Shown in pieces: positions 45,434 to 55,925 of a stretch of 64,000 nt of DNA. Both the position numbers and the translations under genes were made by a program. Source of the DNA: an uncultured Geomonas sp. (GTDB taxonomy: Bacteria > Desulfobacterota > Desulfuromonadia > Geobacterales > Geobacteraceae); contig CAZFMI010000017.1 of NCBI GenBank assembly GCA_964519915.1, positions 1,415 to 65,414 of the forward strand, in the 5' to 3' direction. The notes under the pieces are model-generated. The model had not been told where the DNA came from. It did not search any database and saw only the letters and a program-made list of their open reading frames with translations. Positions within the stretch are counted from its first letter, which is position 1, and each line of letters starts with the position of its first letter.

Positions 45434-46800
45434 ACACCAAGGGGATACTGCGCCGCGCCCTCTCGGCGGGCGGAGAGTTCGCGGACATCTATTACGAAGA
45501 CGGCGCCTACACCTCCGTGGTCTGCGAGGACGGCAAGGTGGAGCGGATACTCTCCGCCGCCGACCGCGGCATCGGCATCAGGGTGATCTCCGGTTTCTCC
45601 ACCGCCTACGCCTACACCAACCAGTTGAGCGAAGAGTCCCTGCTGCAGTTGGCGGAGACGGTGAGCCGCGGGGTGCGGGGAGGGACGCCGCACCCCGATT
45701 TCAACCTCTGCGACCCCGCCATCGCGCCGGGATTCCCCATCCGCATCCACCCCGGCCGGATAGAGCTTGCCGAAAAGGTCGCGCTGGTGAACCGGGCCGA
45801 CCGAGCCGCGCGCGCCCTCGACAAGAGGATCCGCCAGGTGATGGCGATGTACCGCGACGCCCAGGTGACGGCACAGACGGTCAACTCGCTGGGTGAGTTC
45901 CGCGAGGAAAAATCGGTCGCGACACTGTTCCTCGTGCAGGTGGTGGCGCAGGATGGGAAGGTCACCCAGACCGGCTACGAGCCTATGGGAGCGGCACGCG
46001 GCTTCGAGCTCTTCGACGAGGCATCCCCCGAGGAGCTGGCTGAGAGGGCGGCCGCCCGGGGCCTGATGATGCTTTCGGCACGCAAGTCCCCTTCGGGGCA
46101 GCTCCCCGTGGTGCTTTCCAGCGAGGCGGGGGGGACCATGGTGCACGAGGCGATCGGGCACGGCCTGGAGGCGGACCTGGTACAGGCCGGGACCTCCGTC
46201 TACCGCGGGAGGATCGGCGAGAAGGTCGCCTCCGAGCTCATCACCGTCATAGACGACGCCACCATACCGAACGCCCGCGGCTCCTTCTGCTTCGACAGCG
46301 AAGGGACACCCGCCCAAAGGACCGTGCTGGTCCAGGACGGCATCCTCAAGGGATACATGTACGACAGGCTCTGCGCCATGAAGCAGGGGTGCGCCTCAAC
46401 CGGCAACGGCCGGCGCGAGTCCTACCGCGCGCGCCCCATCGTCAGGATGACCAACACGCTGATCGCACCTGGAGAGAGCGATCCCGCCCAGATCGTCAGG
46501 AGCGTGCCGAACGGGCTGTTCGTGAAGCGGATGGGGGGGGGACAGGTGAACACGGTGAACGGGGATTTCGTCTTCGAGGTCTCGGAGGGGTACCTGATAG
46601 AGAACGGGGCGGTGGGAGAACCTGTGCGCGGGGCGACCCTCACGGGCAACGGCCCGGAGGTGTTGAAGAGGATCACCATGGTGGGGAACGATCTAGGCTT
46701 CGGGATCGGCACCTGCGGCAAGGACGGCCAGGGGGTCCCGGTCGCCGATGCCCAGCCGACCCTCCTCATCTCGGGCATCACGGTGGGGGGCACGGGGTGA
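45418..46800 (+). CDS. tldD: TldD-family metalloprotease
   Basis: FADIYYED..., HEAIGHGLEAD (HExxxH) and a C-terminal GxC...GKDGQ pattern. Confidence 0.9.
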   Translation: MLETVDTKGILRRALSAGGEFADIYYEDGAYTSVVCEDGKVERILSAADRGIGIRVISGFSTAYAYTNQLSEESLLQLAETVSRGVRGGTPHPDFNLCDPAIAPGFPIRIHPGRIELAEKVALVNRADRAARALDKRIRQVMAMYRDAQVTAQTVNSLGEFREEKSVATLFLVQVVAQDGKVTQTGYEPMGAARGFELFDEASPEELAERAAARGLMMLSARKSPSGQLPVVLSSEAGGTMVHEAIGHGLEADLVQAGTSVYRGRIGEKVASELITVIDDATIPNARGSFCFDSEGTPAQRTVLVQDGILKGYMYDRLCAMKQGCASTGNGRRESYRARPIVRMTNTLIAPGESDPAQIVRSVPNGLFVKRMGGGQVNTVNGDFVFEVSEGYLIENGAVGEPVRGATLTGNGPEVLKRITMVGNDLGFGIGTCGKDGQGVPVADAQPTLLISGITVGGTG

Positions 46801-46820
46801 AAGAGGACCCCTGACTGATT

Positions 46821-48329
46821 TTAACGCTGCAGCTCCCTTTCCAGCTTTTCCAGCCTGGGCCGGATGCCCTTCCCCGCCCAGATCTGCGGGTTGGAAGGCG
46901 TCTCGCCCCGCTCCTTCTCCCACACTCCGATGGTCTCGCGCGCCTTTTCGAAGGCGGCCGTGAAGGAAAAACTCTCCGTCAGGGCCTCCCCCACGAAGGC
47001 GTGCCCGAACCAGGTGAACTCCTCCCCGAAACCGCAGCCAAACGATTCGCGCCTCGCGTCCGCCGCGGTGATGATCAGGCTCCCGTCGTCTTGCAGCGGC
47101 GTCACGAACCCCCCCGAAAAGCAGGCAGAGACGACCACCACCTTCCACCTGATCCCTGATCCGTCCAAAAGCCGCCGCAACCGTTGCGGCGTCAGGGGCC
47201 TGAGCTCCAGCGGAGGGTTATTCACCTCCAGCTCGTGCTCCTTGGATCCGTGCGAACTCAGGTAAAGAAAAACCAGGTCCTCGTCCCGGTTCATCACCTG
47301 CCCCACCCGCGCCAGCGCGCGCCCGAGGTTCTCGGCAGTGGCAAAGGGAAGGGTCGCCCCGCTCTTCGGGTTGTTCGCCAGCAGCAAGGAGCGGCCCGAA
47401 CTCCCGAAGCGCTCGTCGAAGAGCTTCCGGGCGAAGCTCAGCTCCTTTAGGAACACGTCCTGCGAGGCGTCCCCGGCAAACCCCACGAAATAGAGGTCGA
47501 TCTCCCCGGGGCGCCCGGGTCGAAGCGCCGCCAGGTCCCGGTCCAGCAGCCTGTCCTGCGCCGAGAGCACGTCCTCGGTCAGGCGGAGCTCACCGCTCTC
47601 GCCCGCGACGGCCGGGCTCACCCAGAGGTCCCCCCTGGGGTAGTACCATAGCGGCGGGAGGACCAGCAGGGCGAAGACGAGCGGGAGCCTCGCGCGACGC
47701 CAGCCGGTCGCGGGATCCAGGCGCAGCAGGAAAAGAAGCGCCGCGGCCGACCACCACCAGAAGAAACGGTAGTAATGCGGGGCTGTAAGGTAACCCTCCA
47801 GCCAGTCGAAGCTGCGCAACTGCGCCGCCCCCTCAAGGAGCGCATGAAAAAGCTCTATGGGGATGCTGAGGGCGACGAGCGCCGCAGCGATGCCGGGAAG
47901 CAGTGAGGGGCGGGAGAGGAGCCGGCCGGCGCAAAGGCCGAAGCATAGGAAGAGCGGCAGATGAAAAAAGAAGGAGGTGACGGCGGCCCAGGAGAAACGC
48001 CCCCCCGCGCCCACCAGCAGGAAGGAGACCGCCAGGTTCAGCGCCAGGTCGGCAAAGACGAGCAGCGCGACCCCCGAGGGGGTGGAACCGCTGCGTTCCA
48101 GGTCGGACCCGAGGAAGAAAGAGATGCGCACCCCGCTGCGGAAATCCTGCAGCAGCCGGCGCCAAAGCCCCCTTTCCTCCAGCTCGCCGCAGCACGCCGT
48201 CGCGGCAGCCGCAGCCAAACCGCGTGTTTCCCCACCGCCGCGAAAGGGGGACGGCGAGCCTGCATTAAGGCTTCCCGGGTCTGTCATCTGTCGCTCCTGT
48301 TCCGGTTCCATGAAGGAGGATAATACCAC
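46821..48329 (-). CDS. Polytopic membrane protein with C-terminal peptidase C13 (legumain-like) domain
   Basis: LVFLYLSSHGS (catalytic His context) and VVVVSACFSGGF (catalytic Cys context), after about 250 aa of TM helices. Confidence 0.8.
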   Translation of the reverse strand: MVLSSFMEPEQERQMTDPGSLNAGSPSPFRGGGETRGLAAAAATACCGELEERGLWRRLLQDFRSGVRISFFLGSDLERSGSTPSGVALLVFADLALNLAVSFLLVGAGGRFSWAAVTSFFFHLPLFLCFGLCAGRLLSRPSLLPGIAAALVALSIPIELFHALLEGAAQLRSFDWLEGYLTAPHYYRFFWWWSAAALLFLLRLDPATGWRRARLPLVFALLVLPPLWYYPRGDLWVSPAVAGESGELRLTEDVLSAQDRLLDRDLAALRPGRPGEIDLYFVGFAGDASQDVFLKELSFARKLFDERFGSSGRSLLLANNPKSGATLPFATAENLGRALARVGQVMNRDEDLVFLYLSSHGSKEHELEVNNPPLELRPLTPQRLRRLLDGSGIRWKVVVVSACFSGGFVTPLQDDGSLIITAADARRESFGCGFGEEFTWFGHAFVGEALTESFSFTAAFEKARETIGVWEKERGETPSNPQIWAGKGIRPRLEKLERELQR

Positions 48330-48492
48330 GAGCTCGTGGCCTGCGAGACCGTTTAGCGGCGCTTTACTTGATTTTATTAACTTTTTTGTTTTTCAATCGG
48401 GCTAATCCTGCTACCATTGCAACGCGCTGCACCGGAGGGCCGAGGCCGGCCTCCGGGGACTCGCGAACAAAAGGTATCAGAGAGGTTTCATC

Positions 48493-49839
48493 ATGCCTAC
48501 CGCAAAATGGACCAAGACGAGCTGGCGCTCGTTTCCCGCAATGCAGCAACCCGTGTGGCCCAAGGGCCCGGCCCTGGACGAATCGCTGAAGACGCTCTCG
48601 CAGCTGCCGCCGCTGGTCTTTGCCGGGGAGTGCCAGACGCTCAAGGGGCAGCTGGCCGAAGCGGTGGAAGGGAAGGCGTTCGTGCTGCAGTGCGGCGATT
48701 GCGCCGAGGACTTCTCGCGCTGCACCGGCCCGGACATCCGCGAGCTTTTGAAGGTGATCCTGCAGATGTCGGTGGTACTTGCCTATGCCGGCGAAAAGCG
48801 GGTCATCAAGATCGGCAGGATAGCGGGGCAGTACGCGAAGCCCCGCTCCTGCGACACCGAGATCGTGCAGGGGGTGGAGCTCCCGAGCTACCGCGGCGAC
48901 ATGGTGAACAGCCCCGAGCCGACGCTGGAGGCAAGGACCCCGGACCCGCGCCGGATGCTGGAGGGATACTACCGCGCAGCCGCTACCTTGAACCTGGTCC
49001 GTTCCTTCACCCTTGGCGGCTACGCGTCACTGGAGCGGGTTCAGGCCTGGCACCGCGCCTCGCTCGATGCGCTGCCGGCGGGACAGAAGTACGAGGAACT
49101 GGTCCGCCAGATCTGGAAGACCATCAACTTCATGACCGCCATCGGCCTCGACCCGCAGCACACCCCCCAACTGAACCAGGTGACGCTCTACACCTCGCAC
49201 GAGGCGCTCCTGCTGGACTACGAGGAAACCCTTACCCGGATGGACTCCACCAGCGGAGGCTGGTACGACTGCTCCGCCCACATGCTCTGGATCGGCGACC
49301 GCACCCGGCAGTTGGACGGGGCGCACGTGGAGTTCCTGCGCGGCGTCAGGAACCCGCTCGGCATGAAGGTCGGCCCCAACCACGGGATCGACGACATCAA
49401 GGCGCTCGTGGAGCGGCTGAACCCTGACAACGAGGCGGGACGGCTCACCCTGATCACCCGCTTCGGCGCGGACAAGATCTCCTCCCATCTCCCCAAGCTG
49501 CTCAGGGAGATCAGGAGCGAGGGATACAAGGTGCTCTGGAGCTGCGACCCGATGCACGGCAACACCTACCAAAACGATTACGGTCAGAAGTCGAGGAGAT
49601 TCGAGGACATCCTGCGGGAGATCAAGACCTCCTACCAGATCCACCAGGCGGAAGGGACCGTGGCGGGAGGCGTTCACCTGGAGCTGACCGGCGACCACGT
49701 GACCGAATGCACCGGCGGCAGCAGGCAGCTTCTGGACAAGCACCTGCACCTCAATTACCAGACCAACTGCGACCCGCGCCTGAACGCCGAGCAGAGCGTG
49801 GAACTGGCCTTCGAGCTGGCCGACATGCTGCACCCTTGA
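48493..49839 (+). CDS. Class II 3-deoxy-7-phosphoheptulonate (DAHP) synthase
   Basis: WRSFPAMQQPVWP, VLQCGDCAE, GRIAGQYAKPRS and WSCDPMHGNT are class II (plant/actinobacterial type) hallmarks. Confidence 0.9.
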   Translation: MPTAKWTKTSWRSFPAMQQPVWPKGPALDESLKTLSQLPPLVFAGECQTLKGQLAEAVEGKAFVLQCGDCAEDFSRCTGPDIRELLKVILQMSVVLAYAGEKRVIKIGRIAGQYAKPRSCDTEIVQGVELPSYRGDMVNSPEPTLEARTPDPRRMLEGYYRAAATLNLVRSFTLGGYASLERVQAWHRASLDALPAGQKYEELVRQIWKTINFMTAIGLDPQHTPQLNQVTLYTSHEALLLDYEETLTRMDSTSGGWYDCSAHMLWIGDRTRQLDGAHVEFLRGVRNPLGMKVGPNHGIDDIKALVERLNPDNEAGRLTLITRFGADKISSHLPKLLREIRSEGYKVLWSCDPMHGNTYQNDYGQKSRRFEDILREIKTSYQIHQAEGTVAGGVHLELTGDHVTECTGGSRQLLDKHLHLNYQTNCDPRLNAEQSVELAFELADMLHP

Positions 49840-49869
49840 GTGCGGGCCGGACCTGGCGGGCAGAGCATG

Positions 49870-49907
49870 AAAAAACCTCCCTCAGCCGACGCTGAGGGAG
49901 GTTTTTT
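49870..49907. terminator. Bidirectional rho-independent terminator
   Basis: AAAAAA-CCTCCCTCAGC-cgac-GCTGAGGGAGG-TTTTTT, between convergent genes. Confidence 0.8.
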
Positions 49908-49927
49908 GGTCTTTGCAGCGGACCCTC

Positions 49928-51736
49928 TTAATACCTGGTGCGGGCGCTCTTTTTCGCTGCCGGGGCCGGAGCGCCCCCCTGGATCGGCGACTGAGACGAC
50001 CATGAAGGGACGAAGTTCGCCAGGACGGCATCGAACGCGATCTTGTTGAAGTTGAACCCGCTTTCCATCTTCGGCACGTTGGCGTACTCCACGCTCCCCT
50101 GCCTGATGGAGCCGTCAACCACGGCGAAGATCACCCCCTTGGAAGGGGTATCGCTCATGTATTGGGACTTGTAGGAAAACGGCACATCGAGGACGAACAC
50201 AGGGTAGCCGGGCTTGGGCTCAACGATCTTCCAGCTGCCGGCAAGGGTCAGCAACTCGCCGTTGCTGTAGAACTGCGCCGCGCCGCTGGTGCCGGTACCG
50301 GTGAATTTCACGGCCAGGTTGTTGCCGATATAGAGCCCGTAACCCATGTTGCTGCTCCCCACTGCGAAGGTGGCGGGGATCTGCGCCACGCTGGTGATGC
50401 CCATCAGCGAACTGTTGTAGTTTTGCCCGCCCCATACCGAGTAGTAGTCGACGTTACGCACGAACGTCATCTTGTACGCCTCGGAGCCTGCGGGGAATAC
50501 CGCCTCGGCTTTGATGGGAGAATTTTCCTTGGCGATGAAAGACGCTATCGGCTTGTCGGCCACATTGATCATGCTGACGGTGATCACCTCGCTCACGCCG
50601 GTGGCTTTCATGGTCCAGGTGGCGGTGCCGTCGGCATTGAAAACCAGCGTCCCTGCCGCTGCGTTGTCGTCCTCCAGGACCCACCCTTCCTTGGAGAGCA
50701 CGTAATTGCTGTAGCTCTCCTGGCCGGCTACCCAGGTCGGGTTGCTTGCGGTGTAGGTGAAGAAGACATCGCTAAGCGCATAACCGTCGGCGCCCAGCGC
50801 ACCCAGTTTCACCACTCCGTACTCGTAGGAATAGCTTCCATAATCGTAATGCCGGTCCAGGTAGAAGAAGCCGTCGCTCCCCAGGGCCTTCTGAAAGGAG
50901 CCCACCGCGGTTGCGACCCCCGCCTGGGTGAGGTTTTGCGACAGGGTCTCTGGGTTGGCTGTGGCGATGTTGACCGTAGCCGTCGCCATGGTAGCCGCGT
51001 TGAACTCCGCTCCCGATGCCTTTGACTCTTCGACCAGATTGGTGATGCTGGACAGCTGGGTGACGACCTCGGAGACGATCAGCTTGATGACGTCGTTCAG
51101 ATTGGCGTTGGGTGCCGCCGCCTGGATTGCCGTCATGTTGTTCCCCATTGCCGTCGCCACCACCTGGGCGATCATGCTCACCTTGTCGTACTCGTCGCTG
51201 GCCCCTTTCTTCTGCACGAAATCCTCGAAGAGGCTGGTGCCTGCGGCAAGCCCGAGGTTGGATTTCACCACCGCTTCAGCCGCGGTTACGTCCAGCACCG
51301 GGTTCGATTCGATCTGGTTGTGGATGAGCGTGGTAAGCGGGGTGATGACCACCCGGCCATCCGGGTTTTTGGGCGCATCCGGGGGGGTGGAAAGCACATA
51401 GCTGTCCGTCACCGTAGTGGCGCTGCTCCCCTCGTGGTTGATGGCGACGTTTTTTTCCGCAAAGACCACGATCGCGTGATTTTTCAGGGCGGCAGGGTCA
51501 ACATCGCTGATGGTGTAGCTCCCGTCGACTCCGGTGACGGCAGACGGCTCACCTGTGGTGAACTCCTTGTCGTTGTTCAGATCCAGGAACACCTGGGCCT
51601 TTTCCAGATAGCCGTCGGCGACCACGCCGGTGACGCTGGTGCTCCCGGTGCCGGTGCCGCCGCCACAACCTGCAATGACAAAAGTACCCAGTGTCACTGC
51701 CGTGCAAAACATCTTACTCATTGCGCAACGATTCAT
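49928..51736 (-). CDS. Large lipoprotein, function unknown
   Basis: Lipobox ...GTFVIAGCGGG and an AAGGAG RBS. No catalytic motifs recognised. Confidence 0.75.
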   Translation of the reverse strand: MNRCAMSKMFCTAVTLGTFVIAGCGGGTGTGSTSVTGVVADGYLEKAQVFLDLNNDKEFTTGEPSAVTGVDGSYTISDVDPAALKNHAIVVFAEKNVAINHEGSSATTVTDSYVLSTPPDAPKNPDGRVVITPLTTLIHNQIESNPVLDVTAAEAVVKSNLGLAAGTSLFEDFVQKKGASDEYDKVSMIAQVVATAMGNNMTAIQAAAPNANLNDVIKLIVSEVVTQLSSITNLVEESKASGAEFNAATMATATVNIATANPETLSQNLTQAGVATAVGSFQKALGSDGFFYLDRHYDYGSYSYEYGVVKLGALGADGYALSDVFFTYTASNPTWVAGQESYSNYVLSKEGWVLEDDNAAAGTLVFNADGTATWTMKATGVSEVITVSMINVADKPIASFIAKENSPIKAEAVFPAGSEAYKMTFVRNVDYYSVWGGQNYNSSLMGITSVAQIPATFAVGSSNMGYGLYIGNNLAVKFTGTGTSGAAQFYSNGELLTLAGSWKIVEPKPGYPVFVLDVPFSYKSQYMSDTPSKGVIFAVVDGSIRQGSVEYANVPKMESGFNFNKIAFDAVLANFVPSWSSQSPIQGGAPAPAAKKSARTRY

Positions 51737-51930
51737 AGAATCTCCTTTTCACGCTTGCTCAGGGCGTCGCCTTGAATACCTTCCAGCGTGAATGTGCCGC
51801 CTGAATTTGCAAATCTGGAGACCGTATCGGCAGGAATTGACAGCACTTGAGGTTTTTCATTGGCAGATTCAGTTAAAACCGCAATTTCATCATCCAGTGG
51901 AGCAGCAGCTAACTTCAGGACGGCGGCCAT
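51733..51930 (-). CDS. Possible 65 aa ORF coupled (ATGA) to the lipoprotein gene
   Basis: ATG start but no SD sequence. It fills the gap between the TPR gene and the lipoprotein gene. Support is weak. Confidence 0.3.
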   Translation of the reverse strand: MAAVLKLAAAPLDDEIAVLTESANEKPQVLSIPADTVSRFANSGGTFTLEGIQGDALSKREKEIL

Positions 51931-51984
51931 CGTCTGCCAATGCAGGCCGGTGCTGCAGGCAGTCCCGGCATCGCTTCAGGCGGG

Positions 51985-53961
51985 CTATTGCCCGGATTGC
52001 CTCAGGGTCAGCGCGTGGGCGAGGTTCTCGCGGGACGCACCATCTTCCGGTTTGAGCCTGACCGCTTCCCGGAACTGGGTGACCGCCAGGTCCAGCTCCC
52101 CCTTCTCCCGGTACGCCTCCCCCAGGTTGTTGTAAGCCTTCGCGTAGTTGCGGTTCCCCTTTATCGCGGCCTGGTAATGCCGGATCGCCTCGTCGAGCTT
52201 GCCTTTTTCCTTCAGCGCAAAACCCAGGTTGTTGTGCGCCTCGGCGAACCCCGGCCTCATTTCCAGCAGTATGTTGTAGCGCTTGATTGCCTGGTCGTGC
52301 TCCCCCTTGATCAGGTAATCCACCGCCAGGTTGTTGTGGGCGACCGCCAGAGCGGGGTCCATGTCGACGGCCGATCGGTAGCATGCTATGGCCGAATCGA
52401 TGTCACCCGTCTCGTCGAACTGCCTCCCCAGGTTGTACAGCGCGTGCGCATTGCCGGGGTCTATCCTCAGGGCAGCCTTCAGAAATGCCATCGCTTCGGC
52501 GGTCCGCCCCACGGTGGACAGCGCTGCTCCGTAATGATCGTTGGCCCGCGACTTCCCCGGCGACTTGGCCACCACATCCCCCCATAGGGTGACCTGGCTT
52601 TCCCAGACCCGGTTTCTCTGCCAGGTGGCAACGGCAAGGACGACCGTGACCACGGCTGCGCCCGCGGCTAAAGCCTTCGGGGGGCGCCCCTTGCCAAGCA
52701 GCAGCAGCGCGGCGACCAGCGCTATGAACGCCCCGAACGAGGGGAGATAGAGGCGGTGTTCGAAGATGAGGTCCGCAATGGGGATGATGCTCGACTCAAC
52801 CGAAAGGGTGATGAAGAACCAGAAGATGCCGAAGGCGATCAGCCTCCAGTAGTGGGCGTTTCGCTCCGGGTCCGCGGAGGTGGCCCCGGAGCCCCCGAAC
52901 CCCAGGGCGGAGGCCCGGCAGTGGAGCCAGGCCGCCCCCCCCGCCAGGGCCAAAAGCAGCAGCAACGAGAAGAAGACGGGCGGCGCAAAGAGCGAGTGGT
53001 AGACCGGGTAGTCGTAGTCGAGGTTCTGGTTCACCGGCAAGAGAAGGAGCCTTAGGTAGGTGGCGATCACGCTGAACTGGGTAAGGAGGTAGGCGCCGCG
53101 GGATATGAAGCGGGTTTCCCGGCTCAGCTCGTTGACACCGGACAGGAGCTCTCCCAGGGGCTTGCCGGCGCTAAGGACCGCTGCCACGGCGAGCAGGGCG
53201 AAGAGCAGCAGCGCGGCAAGGAGGAGGATGTTCCTCTTCCTGCTCGCCTTGAAAAAGGAGAACTCGTAGAGGAGCACGGCAAGCGGCAGGGTCGCCGCGA
53301 TCTCCTTGGTTTGCGCGGCGAGAACCGCGCAGAGGAGTGCCCCCGTAAAGTACAGCGCAGGGCGCAGCAACCCGGACGCGGCGCCCCCCTGCCCCTCTGC
53401 GCCAAGGGAGAGCCTCCCCTTCGCGTAAAACAGCAGGGAGAGGAGATAGAAAAGGGTCACCAGCGCAGCGAGCCTCTGCACGATGTAGGTGACCGCCTGG
53501 GTCTGCACCGGGTGGGCGATGAAGAGGAGCGCTACGAACAAGGGAAGCAGCACCAGTTTCCCCCTGCGCCCCTCCCCGGCGAAAAAAGGGGTCGCCAGGG
53601 TGATCCCCGCCAGGAAGTAGACCGCCCATCCCGAAAGGATATGGATCCCCAGGTTGACGACGTGATAGCCGAAGGTGTCGAGTCCCCCGACGCTGTAGTT
53701 CAGGGCGAAAGTGAAATACCCCACCACGCGGCGCGGGTTGTAGGCACGCCCCTGCGAGAAGAAGCGCGACAGCTCCTTGATCACGTCGTTCTCGACAATC
53801 GAGGAGATGTCGTCGAGGACGAAGGGGGTGTGAAAGGAGTTGCTGTAGGCGGCGATTGCCAAGAAGGACAGAAGCAGCAGGTGCAGCAGGCTGCGGGCAG
53901 GCTCGGAGAGGCCGGGGGCGGCAAGGGTGCCGGTTGCGGACTTGGCAGTAGCGTTATCCAT
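51985..53961 (-). CDS. Polytopic membrane protein with C-terminal TPR repeats (TMTC/PMT-like architecture)
   Basis: About 10 TM helices, then at least 6 TPR units (A..YNLG..., AIACYRSAV, AHNNLA...). Confidence 0.85.
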   Translation of the reverse strand: MDNATAKSATGTLAAPGLSEPARSLLHLLLLSFLAIAAYSNSFHTPFVLDDISSIVENDVIKELSRFFSQGRAYNPRRVVGYFTFALNYSVGGLDTFGYHVVNLGIHILSGWAVYFLAGITLATPFFAGEGRRGKLVLLPLFVALLFIAHPVQTQAVTYIVQRLAALVTLFYLLSLLFYAKGRLSLGAEGQGGAASGLLRPALYFTGALLCAVLAAQTKEIAATLPLAVLLYEFSFFKASRKRNILLLAALLLFALLAVAAVLSAGKPLGELLSGVNELSRETRFISRGAYLLTQFSVIATYLRLLLLPVNQNLDYDYPVYHSLFAPPVFFSLLLLLALAGGAAWLHCRASALGFGGSGATSADPERNAHYWRLIAFGIFWFFITLSVESSIIPIADLIFEHRLYLPSFGAFIALVAALLLLGKGRPPKALAAGAAVVTVVLAVATWQRNRVWESQVTLWGDVVAKSPGKSRANDHYGAALSTVGRTAEAMAFLKAALRIDPGNAHALYNLGRQFDETGDIDSAIACYRSAVDMDPALAVAHNNLAVDYLIKGEHDQAIKRYNILLEMRPGFAEAHNNLGFALKEKGKLDEAIRHYQAAIKGNRNYAKAYNNLGEAYREKGELDLAVTQFREAVRLKPEDGASRENLAHALTLRQSGQ

Positions 53962-54245
53962 AGAGACCTCTACATATACGCATTGTCGGTTCAGGCTGGC
54001 GGAGTTTAACCTTTTCCAACGAAACTTGCAAGATAATGCCTGGAGAATCGGTGCTCACACCACGTCAAGGGGGGCGTTTCTCCGGGGTGAGCCGGGCAGG
54101 TGCCAAGGGCGTTGAATTGACAGCAGAATTTTCATGCCGGGAGCCTCTGCGCTGTTGTACAAACAGCGGCAGCGACGCTATAATGCCGCCTGAGCTATTG
54201 CTGGTCACCCCATCCGGGAAATATTCAATTTAAGAGGTAAAGCAC

Positions 54246-55730
54246 ATGAAGATCGACATCTCCGGCAGCACCCCGCTTGAACACGCCACCCCTGCCCTGG
54301 TCATCGGTTGCTTCGAGGACGAAAGGGACGAGCTGTTCCAGGGGTGCGACGCCGCGCTCCAGGGGTGCCTGGGGCGCCTCGCCGACAGCCGCGAGTTTAC
54401 CGGCAGGCCCTCCACCTCCCGACTCCTGCATACCCTGGGCAAGCTCCCCGCCGAGCGGCTCCTGCTGGTGGGTCTCGGCAAGAGGGGGGATCTCGGCTAC
54501 GAGCGGCTGCGTCAGGCGGCGGGCAACGCTTCGCAGGCGCTGAGGTCGGCGCGCGTTTCCTCCTTCAGCAGCGCGCTGCACCTCTCTTGCACCCTCCCCA
54601 AGTCCCTGGAGGCGGTTGCTGTCGGGGCGCTTATGGGAAGCTACAGCTTCGACCTTTACAAGACCAAGGAGAAGGAACTCCGCTTCGCCTTCCAGGCGAT
54701 GACCCTGCTCGTTGCGTCGGAAGCGGACATCGAGAAGGAGCGCGCGCGCGCCGAGCGCTGCCGGCGCCTCTGGGAGGGGATCCGGCTGGCCCGCGACCTG
54801 GTCTCGCATCCGGGGAACGTGGTCACCCCCGGTTACCTGGCCCAGGCGGCGCGGGAGCTGGCCGGGCGCAACGGGCTCGAGTGCCGGGTGTACGAGAGCG
54901 ATGAGCTGGAGCAGCTGGGGATGAACGCGCTTTTGGGGGTGGGCAGAGGGGCGGAGGAGCCGCCGCGCCTGATCGTGCTCCAGTACCATGGCGGCGCCGC
55001 CAAGGGGCGGCCGGTGGTCCTGGTCGGCAAGGGGATCACCTTCGACTCCGGCGGGATCTCCATCAAGCCCGGTCCCGGCATGGAGGAGATGAAGACGGAC
55101 ATGGCAGGAAGCGCCGCGGTGCTGGGGACCATGGAGGCGGCGGCGCTCCTGCAACTGCCGCTCAACCTGATCGGGATCATCCCCACCGCCGAGAACATGC
55201 CGGACGGCAAGGCCTTCAAGCCGGGGGACGTCCTCACCTCGCTCTCCGGTACCACCATTGAGATCACCAACACCGATGCGGAGGGGCGCCTCATCCTATG
55301 CGACGCCCTGCACTTCGCCCAAAGGTACAAGCCGGCGGCGCTGATCGACCTGGCCACCCTGACCGGCGCCTGCGTCATCGCACTGGGGCACGAGGCGAGC
55401 GGGCTGTTGGGGAACGACCAGCGCCTGGTCGACGCACTGAAACGGGCCGGCGAGGAGTCCGGCGAGCGGGTCTGGCAGTTGCCGCTTTGGGAAGAGTATG
55501 GCGAGGGAATGAAGAGCGACATCGCCGACCTGAAGAACGCGGGTAGCAGGGACGGCGGTAGCATCAAGGCGGCCTGGTTCCTGAAGCAGTTCGTAGGGGA
55601 TTCGCGCTGGGCCCACCTGGACATCGCCGGCACAGCCTGGAGCGACAAGGCCCGCCCTTACTCCCCGAAGGGAGCGACCGGCGTGGGCGTGAGGTTGCTT
55701 ATCGAGTACCTGGAGCAGAGGCAACAGTAA
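54246..55730 (+). CDS. pepA: Leucyl aminopeptidase (M17)
   Basis: VGKGITFDSGGISIKP and the NTDAEGRLILCDAL signature. Confidence 0.92.
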   Translation: MKIDISGSTPLEHATPALVIGCFEDERDELFQGCDAALQGCLGRLADSREFTGRPSTSRLLHTLGKLPAERLLLVGLGKRGDLGYERLRQAAGNASQALRSARVSSFSSALHLSCTLPKSLEAVAVGALMGSYSFDLYKTKEKELRFAFQAMTLLVASEADIEKERARAERCRRLWEGIRLARDLVSHPGNVVTPGYLAQAARELAGRNGLECRVYESDELEQLGMNALLGVGRGAEEPPRLIVLQYHGGAAKGRPVVLVGKGITFDSGGISIKPGPGMEEMKTDMAGSAAVLGTMEAAALLQLPLNLIGIIPTAENMPDGKAFKPGDVLTSLSGTTIEITNTDAEGRLILCDALHFAQRYKPAALIDLATLTGACVIALGHEASGLLGNDQRLVDALKRAGEESGERVWQLPLWEEYGEGMKSDIADLKNAGSRDGGSIKAAWFLKQFVGDSRWAHLDIAGTAWSDKARPYSPKGATGVGVRLLIEYLEQRQQ

Positions 55731-55925
55731 AAACAGGTCAAGGTTAAAAAACAGGTCAAGGTTAAAAAACAGGTTGAGGTTGAGGTTGAGGTTGAGAAAA
55801 ACAGATTAAGGTCGAGATTGAGAAAAACAGGCCAAGGTTGAGGTTGAGGTCGAGAAATCAGGTCGAGACTGGGGTCGAGAAACGCCTCTCCTTAACCTTA
55901 ACCTTAACCTCAACCTGTTTTTTAT
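55731..55925. repeat. Composite repeat block: AAAAACAGG-headed units with GGTYRA hexamer runs, closed by an inverted arm
   Basis: The block reads aaaaacaggtcaaggtt x2, then aaaaaacaggttgaggttgaggttgaggttgag, then further degenerate units. The terminal ccttaaccttaaccttaacctcaacctgtttttt is complementary to the forward units. Confidence 0.9.
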
